From assembly GCA_048360435.1 (NCBI GenBank), contig DBGCOP010000025.1, positions 8,101 through 72,100 of the forward strand: DNA of 64,000 bases, in the 5' to 3' direction. Below, piece by piece: positions 26,425 to 37,001 of the stretch. The first letter of the stretch is position 1. Each line of letters starts with the position of its first letter. Source of the DNA: Candidatus Limenecus sp. GTDB lineage: Bacteria > Cyanobacteriota > Vampirovibrionia > Gastranaerophilales > Gastranaerophilaceae. The translations under genes and the position numbers were made by a program. The notes under the pieces were generated by a model that worked only from the letters and a program-made list of their open reading frames with translations, ran no database searches and was not told where the DNA came from.

Positions 26425-28746
26425 TTAATCAATATCTATCGGAGAGCGGTTTATTGCATCAATAGCGGCTCTTGCGTTTTGAACAAGCTCATCTGACACA
26501 TTAGGAACAACCGTAAGCTGCCTTAAAACATCTATCGTTCGTTTGAAACATCTCACTACATCCCCTTCGCCGGCAGGAATTTGTTCCATAAGAGAATCCC
26601 ACTCACCGCCGTTCACCCAGTATTCAATCAACGGTGAGTAATATGAATTTATATACATCTCAGTGTCTATATCACAGTCTCTTTGCACAATAGCAATTCT
26701 TCTTCTTATGTCTTTGATTCTGTTTAATGCTTTTCTCGTTCCTTTGCTTATCGGAAGCTCGGGGTAAACATCGGCTCTCAAGTCCTCTGTTGTGATTGCA
26801 CAAACAACGGAAGCCAGCTCGTCAACTTTAAGAGTGTCAAGAACTCCGCTGAAAATGATTTCAGAAAGAAACAGTTCGTTTTCTGCTCTTATAGCAGCAG
26901 TCGTCATACCCTTTTCGTTAGGATAATCGTTTTGAAGATAGCCCATTTTGTTCAAAACAGCAACATGGTTCAAAAAGATTCTCCAATAGATGTCTTTTTC
27001 ATATTCGATTGTTTTTTCAAGCTTTTTAGCCTTTTTCTCAAACCTGTCAAGAAGCTCAACTTCTTTTATATGTTTTCTGTACAGCTTACAGGTCTCACAG
27101 GCGTATGAGTGGACTTTGTGCAACAGCTCTTTTGTTTTCTTTTCAAAATCGAGACAATATTGAACATTCTCCGGGTTCTTTTTGTTCATTTGCTTGCGCA
27201 GCATTTTTGCTGTTTTTCTCTGTTCAACATAAATGTTTTTAAGTTTGTTATATTCAAACATGTCCTTTGTTGTAAAGTTGAAGGGACACTTGAACTCTTT
27301 GAAAGAACTGATAGTTTGATTGAGCTCATTCTGCTGAAACATAAGAGGTTTCAGACGGGTTGTAGAAGAATAATAGCCAAAACTTTTTAAAATAAGCTCT
27401 TTTGCCTCATCAAGAGTAAATCTTTGAAGCAGATTCAAAACCATTGAATAAGTCGGAGAAAAACGGCTCTCAAGCGGATTTGCATCACTTGTAACAAGCT
27501 CTGCGACTTCTTCCGGAGACTGAAATGCTGTGCCGACAACGGTTACATAGCCGATTTCGTCCATTCCTCTTCTGCCCGCACGACCTGACATCTGCAAAAA
27601 CTCACTCGGTGTAAGCATTCTGTGCCCTGAGTCGGTGCGCTTTGAAACAGCACTGATTACAGTGGAACGAGCCGGCATATTGATTCCTGCGGCAAGGGTT
27701 TCTGTTGCAAAAACAACTTTAATCAAACCTTTTTGAAAAAGCTTTTCAACAAGTACCTTCCACCCGGGCAAAAGACCTGCATGGTGAGATGCAACACCGC
27801 AAAGGATATATTCAAGGTGTTTGTTGTTATACAAATAAGGATTTTCTGCCAGATATTCGTCAACAATTTCTCTAATCTGTTTTTGTTCCTCAGGTGTTGT
27901 CAAACAAAGCCCCGAGCACTTTTCCATTTGTTCGTCGCATTTTTTTCTTGAAAAAGTAAAGTAAATCGCAGGCAGCATATTTTTTTTGTGCAAAACAGAA
28001 ACAACATCTTTTGCAACCTGTCTTTGAGGCATTTTTCTCCCTTTGGAACCGAAATATTTTGCCTTTGATTCAGGTTTAATCTTTTTGTTGAGCTTGCCTT
28101 CGGGTGTCAAAAGAGGGAGAATATCGTTCGGTTTTGAAGAATCATAATAAAAATATCGCAAAGGCACGGGGCGAAAATCCGTGTAAACGAGTTCTGTTTT
28201 TGAATGCACGGTGTTTATCCAGTCGGTGAGCTGCTGAGAGTTCGCTACGGTCGCCGAAAGTGCAATAATTTGTACATTTGTCGGACAGTAGATTATGCTC
28301 TCTTCCCAGACTGTGCCTCTTTGTTCATCGTTCATGTAATGAACCTCGTCGAGAACAACATATCTCACCTCTTTGAGATTGTCTGACACAGAGCCGAAAT
28401 TCGTCCCGTAGAGCATATTTCTGAAAACTTCCGTGGTCATAACAACAATCTGTGCACCTCTGTTTATTGAGGTATCGCCAGTTAAAAGACCGACTTTGTC
28501 TTCGCCGTATTTTCTTGAAAAATCACTGAATTTCTGGTTCGAAAGTGCTTTTAAAGGAGTTGTGTAAAAAAGCCTGAACCCTTCTTTGAGAGCTTTGTGT
28601 ATAGCCATTTCAGCAATGCATGTTTTCCCTGCACCTGTGGGCGCACAAACAACAACGCTTTTTCCGTTGTTTATGTGATACAGTGCTTCTTCTTGAAAAT
28701 CGTCTAATTTAAAATTAAAACTGTAATTGCATTCGTTCTCGGTCAT
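26425..28746 (-). CDS. Ski2/HelY-like DEAD/DEAH-box helicase with a DSHCT-type C-terminus
   Basis: Motifs VVCAPTGAGKT, LDEVHYM, SATV and QMSGRAGRRG. The C-terminal YWVNGGEWDSL...GDVVRCFKRTIDVLRQL is DSHCT-like. I prefer the ATG at 28746 (MTENE...) to the track start at 28845. Confidence 0.85.
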   Translation of the reverse strand: MTENECNYSFNFKLDDFQEEALYHINNGKSVVVCAPTGAGKTCIAEMAIHKALKEGFRLFYTTPLKALSNQKFSDFSRKYGEDKVGLLTGDTSINRGAQIVVMTTEVFRNMLYGTNFGSVSDNLKEVRYVVLDEVHYMNDEQRGTVWEESIIYCPTNVQIIALSATVANSQQLTDWINTVHSKTELVYTDFRPVPLRYFYYDSSKPNDILPLLTPEGKLNKKIKPESKAKYFGSKGRKMPQRQVAKDVVSVLHKKNMLPAIYFTFSRKKCDEQMEKCSGLCLTTPEEQKQIREIVDEYLAENPYLYNNKHLEYILCGVASHHAGLLPGWKVLVEKLFQKGLIKVVFATETLAAGINMPARSTVISAVSKRTDSGHRMLTPSEFLQMSGRAGRRGMDEIGYVTVVGTAFQSPEEVAELVTSDANPLESRFSPTYSMVLNLLQRFTLDEAKELILKSFGYYSSTTRLKPLMFQQNELNQTISSFKEFKCPFNFTTKDMFEYNKLKNIYVEQRKTAKMLRKQMNKKNPENVQYCLDFEKKTKELLHKVHSYACETCKLYRKHIKEVELLDRFEKKAKKLEKTIEYEKDIYWRIFLNHVAVLNKMGYLQNDYPNEKGMTTAAIRAENELFLSEIIFSGVLDTLKVDELASVVCAITTEDLRADVYPELPISKGTRKALNRIKDIRRRIAIVQRDCDIDTEMYINSYYSPLIEYWVNGGEWDSLMEQIPAGEGDVVRCFKRTIDVLRQLTVVPNVSDELVQNARAAIDAINRSPIDID

Positions 28747-28833
28747 TGTTTCCCAATCTTTATGTATACATTTATAATACCCTAAAATTAGCCCGATTGT
28801 ACATATTTTTTTGTGTTCAAAATGCCTTGTCTG

Positions 28834-28842
28834 TGGTAAAAT
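28834..28842 (+). promoter_or_regulatory. candidate extended -10 promoter (TGgTAAAAT) for secA
   Basis: CTGTGGTAAAAT lies 40 nt upstream of the ATG, with a GAGG SD in between. Confidence 0.3.
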
Positions 28843-28881
28843 CAATGTGAAAAATATACGAGACTTGAGGAATTTTATATA

Positions 28882-31680
28882 ATGATAGATTTACTGCTGA
28901 AACTTTTAGGCGATCCAAACCAGAAAAAAGTAAAAAAAATGATGCCCATTGTGGAGCATATAAACAAGCTTGAACCTGAAATGGAAAAGCTGACTGACGA
29001 AGAACTCCGGGCAAAAACACAGGAGTTCAAAGAACACCTTGCCAACAGAGAATTCTCTTCGGATTTCAAAAAAGACAGAGCTTTAGAGAAAAAAGCACTC
29101 GACGAAATTCTTCCCGAAGCTTTTGCAGTTGTAAGAGAAGCAGGAAAACGTGTCTTGAACATGAGACACTTTGACGTACAGCTCATCGGCGGAATTTTCC
29201 TTCACAACGGACACATTGCCGAAATGAGAACAGGTGAAGGTAAAACTCTCGTGGCTACACTTCCTGCATATTTGAACGCCCTGACAGGAAAAGGGGTTCA
29301 CGTAATCACAGTAAACGACTACCTCGCAAAACGTGACAGCGAGTGGATGGGCAGAATCTATAAATTTCTCGGACTATCGGTTGGTGTTATTCTGTCAAAC
29401 AGCCGTGATATGGACGAATTTGAAAGAAAAAAAGCAGCTTATGCCTGTGATATCACATACGGAACAAACAACGAGTTCGGCTTTGATTATCTGAGAGACA
29501 ACATGGCAGGCAGCGTGGATATGCTTGTTCAAAGACCTTACAACTACGCTATCATCGATGAAGTTGACTCCATTTTGATTGACGAAGCAAGAACCCCTCT
29601 CATCATTTCAGGCAGACTCGAGCAATCGGCACAGCTTTACCAAACAATGTCAAAGATTGCACCCCAGCTTCAAAAAGACCTTGATTATGAAGTCGATGAA
29701 AAAAACAAAAACGTAATCCTCTCTGAAGAAGGGATTGACCACGCAGAAAAACTTCTCGGAATTGAAGACCTCTTCGACGTCTCAAGCCAGTATGCCCACC
29801 ACCTTTTACAGGCACTCAAAGCAAAAGAGCTTTATCAAAAAGATACAGACTACGTTGTCAGAAACGGCGAAGTTATGATTGTCGACGAGTTCACGGGACG
29901 TCTGATGGAAGGACGCCGCTGGTCTGACGGGCTTCATCAGGCTGTTGAAGCCAAAGAAGGCGTACAGATTCAAGACGAAACACAAACTCTTGCAAGCATC
30001 ACATTCCAGAACCTGTTCAGACTCTATCCGAAACTTTCAGGTATGACAGGTACCGCAATGACAGAAGAAGCTGAGTTCGGAAAAATTTACAACCTTGAAG
30101 TTACAACAATTCCGACAAACAGACCCGACATCAGAATCAACATGCCGGATGTTGTGTATAAGTCTCAAAAACAAAAATACATTGCCGTTGTTAACGAAAT
30201 CGAGCAGATGCACAAACTCGGAAGACCTGTTCTTGTCGGTACAATCAGCATAGACAAATCAGAATATCTTTCCGATTTATTAAAGAAAAGAGGAATCCCT
30301 CACAATGTGCTGAACGCAAAACACCATGAAAAAGAAGCCTACATTATTGCACAGGCAGGACGTTCAGGAGCAGTTACAATCGCAACAAACATGGCAGGAC
30401 GAGGAACAGATATTCTTCTGGGCGGCAACCCGGAATATCTGGCAAAAGAAGAACTCGACAAGAAAAACATTACACCCGAAACCTGTGAAAACTACGAAGA
30501 ACTGAAAGAAGAAGCTCTGGCAGAAGCCAAAGCACTTACTGAATCGGAACATGACAAAGTTGTTAAAGCAGGCGGACTTCACGTAATCGGTACGGAAAGA
30601 CATGAATCACGCCGTATTGACAACCAGCTTCGAGGTCGTGCAGCCAGACAGGGCGACCCCGGCTCAACAAGATTCTTCCTCTCGCTTGAAGACGACCTTA
30701 TGCGAATTTTCGGCGGACAACATATTATAAACCTTATGAACACTCTCAATGTGGAAGAAGACATGGCAATCGAATCAGGCTTGATTACACGCCAGATTCA
30801 GGCTTCACAAAGAAAAGTTGAAACTTATCACTTTGACATAAGAAAAAGTGTACTTGAATATGACGATGTTATGAACATTCAAAGGGAAAAATTCTACAAC
30901 CAGAGACGTCGTGTTTTAAAAGGCGAGGATTTGACCGCTGATATATATTACATGATTGAAAAAGAGATGGACAGAATCATAAAAAGCTACATTTCTCCGG
31001 GACAAAACCCTCAGGAATACATTTTTGAAGACCTTCAGGGTATGATAAAAGAAGTCCATTCCCTTGTTCCGCAGCTTTCTTACCTTGAAGTGAACGATAT
31101 TCAGGGATTAAGCTATGAATCTATCTTTGAAAAATTTAAAAAGCTTGCCATTGAAGCATACAGAGAACATGAAGAAGCAACAATAAGATTCTACAATGAT
31201 ATTCAGCAGCAGTATGAAGAAAACTTTGTGCCGGAAGAACCGTTCTCACACACAAACGTAATGAGAAACATCGAAAAAGACATTCTTTTAAGAGTCGTTG
31301 ACAACAAATGGATTGACCACCTTCACAACATAGATATGCTTCGTGACGGAATCGGGCTTCGCGCTTACGGTCAAAAAGACCCTCTCATCGAATACAAACG
31401 CGAGGCTTATGACCTGTTTAACAACATGATGTATGAAATCCAGTCTGAAACCGTAAAATATCTTTTCAGAACACGTTTCGGCGTACAAATTGTAAACAGA
31501 AGAGACGACGAAATAATTCAGACACAGCTCTCTCAGGCAGCACAAACCTTCAAAGCTCCTGATGAAGAAGCAGACGAGGTTTCAACACCTATTCAAAAAG
31601 GTGAAAAAATAGGCAGAAATGACCCTTGCCCTTGTGGAAGCGGAAAGAAATATAAAAACTGCTGCGGCAAAGATGCCTAA
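28882..31680 (+). CDS. secA: preprotein translocase ATPase
   Basis: 932 aa. Motifs [29 protein letters not shown] and GRQGDPG, plus the C-terminal zinc finger [14 protein letters not shown]. Confidence 0.97.
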   Translation: MIDLLLKLLGDPNQKKVKKMMPIVEHINKLEPEMEKLTDEELRAKTQEFKEHLANREFSSDFKKDRALEKKALDEILPEAFAVVREAGKRVLNMRHFDVQLIGGIFLHNGHIAEMRTGEGKTLVATLPAYLNALTGKGVHVITVNDYLAKRDSEWMGRIYKFLGLSVGVILSNSRDMDEFERKKAAYACDITYGTNNEFGFDYLRDNMAGSVDMLVQRPYNYAIIDEVDSILIDEARTPLIISGRLEQSAQLYQTMSKIAPQLQKDLDYEVDEKNKNVILSEEGIDHAEKLLGIEDLFDVSSQYAHHLLQALKAKELYQKDTDYVVRNGEVMIVDEFTGRLMEGRRWSDGLHQAVEAKEGVQIQDETQTLASITFQNLFRLYPKLSGMTGTAMTEEAEFGKIYNLEVTTIPTNRPDIRINMPDVVYKSQKQKYIAVVNEIEQMHKLGRPVLVGTISIDKSEYLSDLLKKRGIPHNVLNAKHHEKEAYIIAQAGRSGAVTIATNMAGRGTDILLGGNPEYLAKEELDKKNITPETCENYEELKEEALAEAKALTESEHDKVVKAGGLHVIGTERHESRRIDNQLRGRAARQGDPGSTRFFLSLEDDLMRIFGGQHIINLMNTLNVEEDMAIESGLITRQIQASQRKVETYHFDIRKSVLEYDDVMNIQREKFYNQRRRVLKGEDLTADIYYMIEKEMDRIIKSYISPGQNPQEYIFEDLQGMIKEVHSLVPQLSYLEVNDIQGLSYESIFEKFKKLAIEAYREHEEATIRFYNDIQQQYEENFVPEEPFSHTNVMRNIEKDILLRVVDNKWIDHLHNIDMLRDGIGLRAYGQKDPLIEYKREAYDLFNNMMYEIQSETVKYLFRTRFGVQIVNRRDDEIIQTQLSQAAQTFKAPDEEADEVSTPIQKGEKIGRNDPCPCGSGKKYKNCCGKDA

Positions 31681-31683
31681 AAA

Positions 31684-31712
31684 TTGTACACCTTCACAAA
31701 AAATGGTATAAA
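31684..31712 (+). promoter_or_regulatory. candidate promoter TTGTAC-17 nt-(TGg)TATAAA for the stator-like operon
   Basis: The -35 is at 31684-31689, the TG at 31704-31705 and the -10 at 31707-31712. The SD AAGGAAG follows, then the ATG at 31743. Confidence 0.35.
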
Positions 31713-31742
31713 TATATATAAATAATACAAAAATAAGGAAGT

Positions 31743-32624
31743 ATGATGTTTGATTTTAAACTCTTTTTAGACCCTGTAATTCTTGCTATTCTTGTACTTT
31801 TTACGGGTGTTGTTATTTATTATGTAAAAAAAGTTCTATACATAAACAAATCTTTGACCTCACTGACAAATGTCTTAAAGAGTTTCAAAAAGGGAAACAT
31901 TGCATACCGTTTTAAAGAACTTGATGAAATCTTCTCAAGAACACCGTTTTTGTCTAACTACTGGGTAGAATTCAAAAACACGCTTGTATTCAACGACGGA
32001 ATGATTAGTGCCAACGAAACCTCAAACATTCAATGCACTGTTGATTCAGGTCTTTTCTTTAATGAAGATACACTCGTTAACAGCAAACTGAATTACAAAT
32101 TCATCTCGGCTGTTCCGACTATCCTGACAGGTCTCGGCCCTCTTTTCACCTTCCTTCACATTTCACTTGCATTCTCAAAAGTAAATTTTGCTACACAGGA
32201 AGCAACAATCGCTTCGGTTTCTTCACTGCTTGCAGCAATGAAAGTAGCGGCAATGATTTCGGTTGTGGCAGTCGGTACTTCTATCTTCTTTATGATTATA
32301 GAAAGAATCTTATACAAAAACCTCTGTATCACACCTTTGAGTGCATTTCAGCTCGAGCTGAACAAACTTTTTGACAACATAACCTCTGAAAAGTTCCTCG
32401 TAGAGCTTTTAAGAGAATCAAAACTCCAGAACAATTCATTGAATCAGGCTTTTGAAACACTTCCTGTTCAGATGAAAACAGCTTTTGACAAAAGCTTTAA
32501 AGAGTCGCTTGTTCCTTATTTGGACAATTTGATTTTCTCTGTGAACAAACTTCAGGAAAACCTGAACAAAAAAGGTTCAAAGGGAATCTTAGACGACCTT
32601 TTCGGGAACAATGACGAGGAATAA
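31743..32624 (+). CDS. MotA/TolQ/ExbB-family proton-channel-like membrane protein (3-TM, ExbB/ZorA-like topology with a helical C-terminal tail)
   Basis: One N-terminal TM, a ~100-aa loop, then two TMs carrying PTILTGLGPLFTF and AAMISVVAVGTSIFFMI (compare the P..GLLGT..G motif). The tail is ~95 aa, helical and acidic. Paired 8 nt upstream of a MotB-like gene. Confidence 0.55.
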   Translation: MMFDFKLFLDPVILAILVLFTGVVIYYVKKVLYINKSLTSLTNVLKSFKKGNIAYRFKELDEIFSRTPFLSNYWVEFKNTLVFNDGMISANETSNIQCTVDSGLFFNEDTLVNSKLNYKFISAVPTILTGLGPLFTFLHISLAFSKVNFATQEATIASVSSLLAAMKVAAMISVVAVGTSIFFMIIERILYKNLCITPLSAFQLELNKLFDNITSEKFLVELLRESKLQNNSLNQAFETLPVQMKTAFDKSFKESLVPYLDNLIFSVNKLQENLNKKGSKGILDDLFGNNDEE

Positions 32625-32632
32625 GATAAAAT

Positions 32633-33325
32633 ATGAAATATGTAAAATACAAACAAAATGCCCAAAGCGGCAGTGATGAAAATGTATTCTGGGTAACAAT
32701 GAGCGACCTGCTACTCGGACTGGTTGTAGTTTTTCTTGTATTGTTTGTATTTGCTATCACAGGTTTCACCCAGAACAAAGTCAATGAAAAAGAAACACAG
32801 TACAAAGTCACGGAACAGATAGCGAAAGAGCTTCAAAAAAATAACATAAAAGTTGACGTTGACAAGTTCTCGGGAAGAATAAAAATTTCTGACCTTGAAC
32901 TGTTTGAACTGAACAGCTGGGAGCTTTCACCAAAAGGAAGAACCTACATGTCAAAGTTTGTGCCGGTGTATCTGAATACAATCATGAAAGACCCAAAAAT
33001 CAGAGAAAACATCTCTGAAATTATAATCGAAGGTCACACAGACTCTCAGGCGTTTGCAGGAGCAAAAACACCGGAAGAAAAATATTTCAAAAACATGGAT
33101 TTGAGCCTGAAACGTGCTTCAAGCGTAGCGCAATATATAGTTTATTCAAACTATAAAGGCAAAAAATCTTATGAAAAAGAACTCTTCAAACTCCTTTCAG
33201 TAGAGGGAAAAGGTCCGTCAGAGCCTGTTATGGTGAACGGAAAAGAAGACTACTCAAAAAGCAGACGTGTTGAATTAAAAATCATGTTCAAGGACAAAAG
33301 CATCCTTGACTCGATAAAAAAATGA
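32633..33325 (+). CDS. MotB/OmpA-family peptidoglycan-binding protein (stator B-subunit-like)
   Basis: The N-terminal TM has the conserved Asp (VFWVTMSDLLLGLVVVFLVLF). The OmpA_C-like domain has IIIEGHTDS, NMDLSLKRASSVAQYI and RRVELK. Confidence 0.75.
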   Translation: MKYVKYKQNAQSGSDENVFWVTMSDLLLGLVVVFLVLFVFAITGFTQNKVNEKETQYKVTEQIAKELQKNNIKVDVDKFSGRIKISDLELFELNSWELSPKGRTYMSKFVPVYLNTIMKDPKIRENISEIIIEGHTDSQAFAGAKTPEEKYFKNMDLSLKRASSVAQYIVYSNYKGKKSYEKELFKLLSVEGKGPSEPVMVNGKEDYSKSRRVELKIMFKDKSILDSIKK

Positions 33326-33346
33326 ATTTTTGCTTTATTTCAATAC

Positions 33347-33432
33347 AGGTATTTATATTCATTTTTTCGTTCCGAAAAACTCTCCCGCAGGGGGTTGAGT
33401 TTTAAGTCACTCTAAAATGAATATAAATACCT
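33347..33432. repeat. perfect 19-bp inverted repeat (AGGTATTTATATTCATTTT / AAAATGAATATAAATACCT) enclosing a second hairpin
   Basis: The arms are at 33347-33365 and 33414-33432. The 48-nt loop contains AAAACTC-TCCCGCAGGGG-GTT-GAGTTTT (33376-33403). Confidence 0.85.
33376..33403 (+). terminator. possible terminator hairpin after the stator-like operon
   Basis: The AAAACTC/GAGTTTT outer stem encloses a CCC-GCA-GGG inner stem, 50 nt after the stop at 33325. The T-run is part of the stem, so this is not a textbook intrinsic terminator. Confidence 0.25.
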
Positions 33433-33494
33433 TGTACACAACAAAAAAAATAATTTACGTTTCATAATAAAATGCTGAAAAACTACCCCTTATG

Positions 33495-33503
33495 TGATTA
33501 AAT
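33495..33503 (+). promoter_or_regulatory. candidate extended -10 promoter (TGaTTAAAT) for dnaE
   Basis: ATGTGATTAAAT lies 32 nt upstream of the ATG, preceded by CTGAAA at -35 spacing. The SD is GGGGA. Confidence 0.25.
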
Positions 33504-33534
33504 ATACATAAAGACAGGGGATTAAATCAGAATA

Positions 33535-36500
33535 ATGCAATACGTACCGTTACACTTACACACCGAAAACAGCTTGTTAGACGGAGCAATCCGAATAAAA
33601 GAGCTTTGCAAATTCGCAAAAGAAAACAACATGCCCGCAGTCGCACTCACCGACCACGGAAACATGTACGGCGCAATTCAAATGTATGAAGAAGCCAAAA
33701 GCGCAGGAATCAAACCGCTCATCGGCTGTGAATTTTATGTGTACGACGGAGATATAACCGAAAAAAATCCGGCCAAAACCCACCCTTATCACCTTGTTTT
33801 GATAGCAAAAGATCAAACAGGGTACAAAAACCTTGTAAAACTTGTATCAATTGCAAAATGCAAAGGGATGTATTACAAACCGAGAATCAACCACGAATTG
33901 ATAGAACAACACCACGAAGGACTCATCTGCCTTTCTGCATGTGTTCAAGGAGAAATTGCACAGGGCTTTATTCAGGGAAACAAAGAAGCTTCCTATGAAG
34001 CAGCAAAATTTTACAAAAACCTCTTCGGTGATGATTATTACATTGAGCTTCAAGACCACGGACTTGAAAAACAAAAAATGTCTAACCCGGGTATGATTGA
34101 ACTGGCAAAAGAACTCGGCATAAAAATGGTTATCACAAACGACAGCCATTATCTCAAAAAAGAAGATGCAGACTGGCACGACACACTTTTGTGTATCCAG
34201 ACTAACGCACTCAAAGAGAGCAACAACCGTTTTAAATTTCCAAATGATGAGTTTTATGTAAAAACACCCGAACAGCTCAGAGACTCCTTCCGCTGGATGG
34301 ATGCCGACCTGTTTGAAGAATGTATAAAAAACACGGTCGAAGTAGCTGACAAATGCCACCTGATAATTGAAATGGGCAAATATCACATCCCATATTTTGA
34401 ACTTCCGCCCAATCATACATCAGAATCATATCTTGAATATTTAACACTCGAGGGGATAAAAAAACGCTACGGTGCATTGACACCGGCTTTGAAAGAACGC
34501 ATGGACTATGAACTCGGCGTAATCAACAAAATGGGTTTTGCCGAATACTTCCTCATCGTGTCCGACTTTATCCATTTTGCAAAAAGAAACGACATCCCTG
34601 TCGGCCCGGGAAGAGGCTCAGCTGCGGGCAGTTTGATTTCTTACGCACTTGAAATTACCGACCTTGACCCGATTCGTCACAATCTGTTGTTCGAAAGATT
34701 CCTGAACCCGGAACGTGTCAGCATGCCTGATGTCGACATAGATTTTTGTGTTGAACGCCGCGGCGAGGTAATCGACTATGTAACAAAGAAATACGGCGCT
34801 GACAAAGTTTGTCAGATTATCACCTTCGGTACTCTTGCAGCAAGAAATGCCATGAAATCAGTGGCAAGGGTTTATGACATCCCATACGCACAGAGCAATC
34901 AGTGGGCACAGTTGATTCCCGGCGAACCAAAGATAAAAATTGACGATGCGCTAAAAGATGGAATGGAGCTTAAAAAACTTTATGACACAGATCCAACCGT
35001 CAAAAAGCTCGTAGATATGGCAAAAGCCATTGAGGGATTGAAAAACAACACCGGTATGCACGCAGCAGGCGTAATTATCTCAAAAATGCCTCTGGAGGAT
35101 GTTGTGCCTGTTGAACCGTCAAAAGAAGGTTTGATAGTTACAGAATATACAATGATAGAAGATGAACACATTGGTCTTTTGAAAATGGACTTTCTTGGAC
35201 TTCGAAACCTCACTATCATTCACAGCGCACTTAAAATGGTAGAAGCCAGAACAGGTGAGAAAGTTGACATAAACAACATTCCGCTCGATGACGAAGCGAC
35301 TTTCGAACTGCTTCAAAAGGGTGACACAGACGGTGTATTCCAGCTTGAATCCGCAGGTATGAAAAAGCTTGTAAAAGATTTAAAACCTTCAGTATTTGAA
35401 GATTTGGGTGCTCTTGTTGCACTGTTTCGTCCCGGTCCGTTGAACTCCGGAATGGTAGACGACTTTGTACAAAGAAAACACGGACGACAAAAAATCGAAT
35501 ATGCACATCCTGATTTGGAACCTATTTTGAAAGATACATACGGAACAATCGTTTATCAGGAACAAATCATGCAGATTTTCCAAACTCTGGCAGATTACTC
35601 TCTGGGACAAGCTGACAACGTCCGCCGTATGATGGGTAAAAAACAGCTGGAAAAAATGGCTGAGCAAAAAGGTTTGTTTGTACAAAACTCTGCAAAACAC
35701 GGCATGACACAAAAACAGGCAGAAGAACTCTTTGAACAAATTGAAAAGTTTGCTGCATACTGCTTCAACCGAAGCCACTCCGCAGCATACGCATTTGTAG
35801 CATACCAAACAGCATACCTCAAAGCACACTACCCTGTTGAATATATGTCAGCACTGCTCTCCAGCGTTTCAAACGATCAGGAAAAAACACAGCTTTATAT
35901 AGGAGAATGTCAAAAAATGGGCATAAAAGTTCTTGCCCCTGACATCAACAAATCTAACGCAAAATTCACACCTGACGGAGACAACATCCGCTTCGGGCTT
36001 GCCTCAATTAAAAACGTTGGTGAAGGTGTAATTGAGTTGATTGAAAAAGAGCGAAAAACAGAAGAAGGTGAATTCAAGTCACTTTATGATTTCTGCACAA
36101 GGATTGATTCAAAAGCATTGAACAAAAGGACTCTGGAAAGTCTAATCAAGTCAGGTGCTTTTGTTAACATTGAAAAAAGCAGAAAACAACTTATGGAAAA
36201 CCTTGACTCACTGGTTGCTTCTGCTTACAGACAAAACGAAGCAAAAATGCTCGGCCAGGCAAGCCTGTTCGCAGGTATGACAACAAGCACGGGTCTTGAC
36301 CTTGACACATACACACTTACAGGAAGTGAAGAAGAATTTGATGATAAACAGATTCAGGCTTTTGAAAAGGAATATCTCGGATTTTACGTAACAAGCCACC
36401 CGCTCTCGAGTATAATTGACAAGCTTCCGTTTTTGACAACTCACAACATAGCTGAACTTAAAGATATGCCAAACGACAAATCCGTTACAGTTTGCGGACT

Positions 36501-36993
36501 TTTGTCGCAGGTGAGACAAATTCCAACGAAAAAAGATCCGACAAAATTCCTCAAAGCAGGAATAATTGAAGACCTCACAGGCAAGGTCGAATTTGTTGCA
36601 TTCCACAAAACACTCATTGATTACAACTCTTTTATTGAGTCGGAAAAGAAAGTTATCATCTCGGGCAAAATCCAAAAAAGGGATGAAGAACAGTTCAACA
36701 TAATTGTGGATTCCGTAAAAGCAGTTGAAAACAGCAACATAGTGACCCTTAACATAAAAGGAGATATGCCTTTTGAAGAACTTGTAGGTTTGAAAGATGT
36801 ACTTACTCACTTCAAAGGGGGCGACCCTGTTGTTATCAAAATGAAAGAAAAAGACAATACCTCTCAGGAAAGAGAAGTGAGAATTCTTTGCGGTTCAAAT
36901 TTCTGGGTTGATGCGTCAAATGAACTTGTACACGCAATCACAAACAACTTCCCTCAAAAAATAGAAATCGGAATCAAATCCTTAGACGAATAA
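33535..36993 (+). CDS. dnaE: DNA polymerase III alpha subunit
   Basis: 1152 aa. PHP domain (VPLHLHTENSLLDGA), the palm motif PDVDIDF, FNRSHSAAYA and an OB-fold C-terminus. Confidence 0.97.
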   Translation: MQYVPLHLHTENSLLDGAIRIKELCKFAKENNMPAVALTDHGNMYGAIQMYEEAKSAGIKPLIGCEFYVYDGDITEKNPAKTHPYHLVLIAKDQTGYKNLVKLVSIAKCKGMYYKPRINHELIEQHHEGLICLSACVQGEIAQGFIQGNKEASYEAAKFYKNLFGDDYYIELQDHGLEKQKMSNPGMIELAKELGIKMVITNDSHYLKKEDADWHDTLLCIQTNALKESNNRFKFPNDEFYVKTPEQLRDSFRWMDADLFEECIKNTVEVADKCHLIIEMGKYHIPYFELPPNHTSESYLEYLTLEGIKKRYGALTPALKERMDYELGVINKMGFAEYFLIVSDFIHFAKRNDIPVGPGRGSAAGSLISYALEITDLDPIRHNLLFERFLNPERVSMPDVDIDFCVERRGEVIDYVTKKYGADKVCQIITFGTLAARNAMKSVARVYDIPYAQSNQWAQLIPGEPKIKIDDALKDGMELKKLYDTDPTVKKLVDMAKAIEGLKNNTGMHAAGVIISKMPLEDVVPVEPSKEGLIVTEYTMIEDEHIGLLKMDFLGLRNLTIIHSALKMVEARTGEKVDINNIPLDDEATFELLQKGDTDGVFQLESAGMKKLVKDLKPSVFEDLGALVALFRPGPLNSGMVDDFVQRKHGRQKIEYAHPDLEPILKDTYGTIVYQEQIMQIFQTLADYSLGQADNVRRMMGKKQLEKMAEQKGLFVQNSAKHGMTQKQAEELFEQIEKFAAYCFNRSHSAAYAFVAYQTAYLKAHYPVEYMSALLSSVSNDQEKTQLYIGECQKMGIKVLAPDINKSNAKFTPDGDNIRFGLASIKNVGEGVIELIEKERKTEEGEFKSLYDFCTRIDSKALNKRTLESLIKSGAFVNIEKSRKQLMENLDSLVASAYRQNEAKMLGQASLFAGMTTSTGLDLDTYTLTGSEEEFDDKQIQAFEKEYLGFYVTSHPLSSIIDKLPFLTTHNIAELKDMPNDKSVTVCGLLSQVRQIPTKKDPTKFLKAGIIEDLTGKVEFVAFHKTLIDYNSFIESEKKVIISGKIQKRDEEQFNIIVDSVKAVENSNIVTLNIKGDMPFEELVGLKDVLTHFKGGDPVVIKMKEKDNTSQEREVRILCGSNFWVDASNELVHAITNNFPQKIEIGIKSLDE

Positions 36994-37001
36994 AAATTCA
37001 A

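Noticed and set aside
31743-33325. Calling the MotA-like/MotB-like pair a Zorya defence system.
   Set aside because: No ZorC/ZorD/ZorE-like gene is adjacent (the neighbours are secA and dnaE). The A-subunit tail is about 95 aa rather than several hundred. Only the ZorAB-like topology is noted, as a finding.
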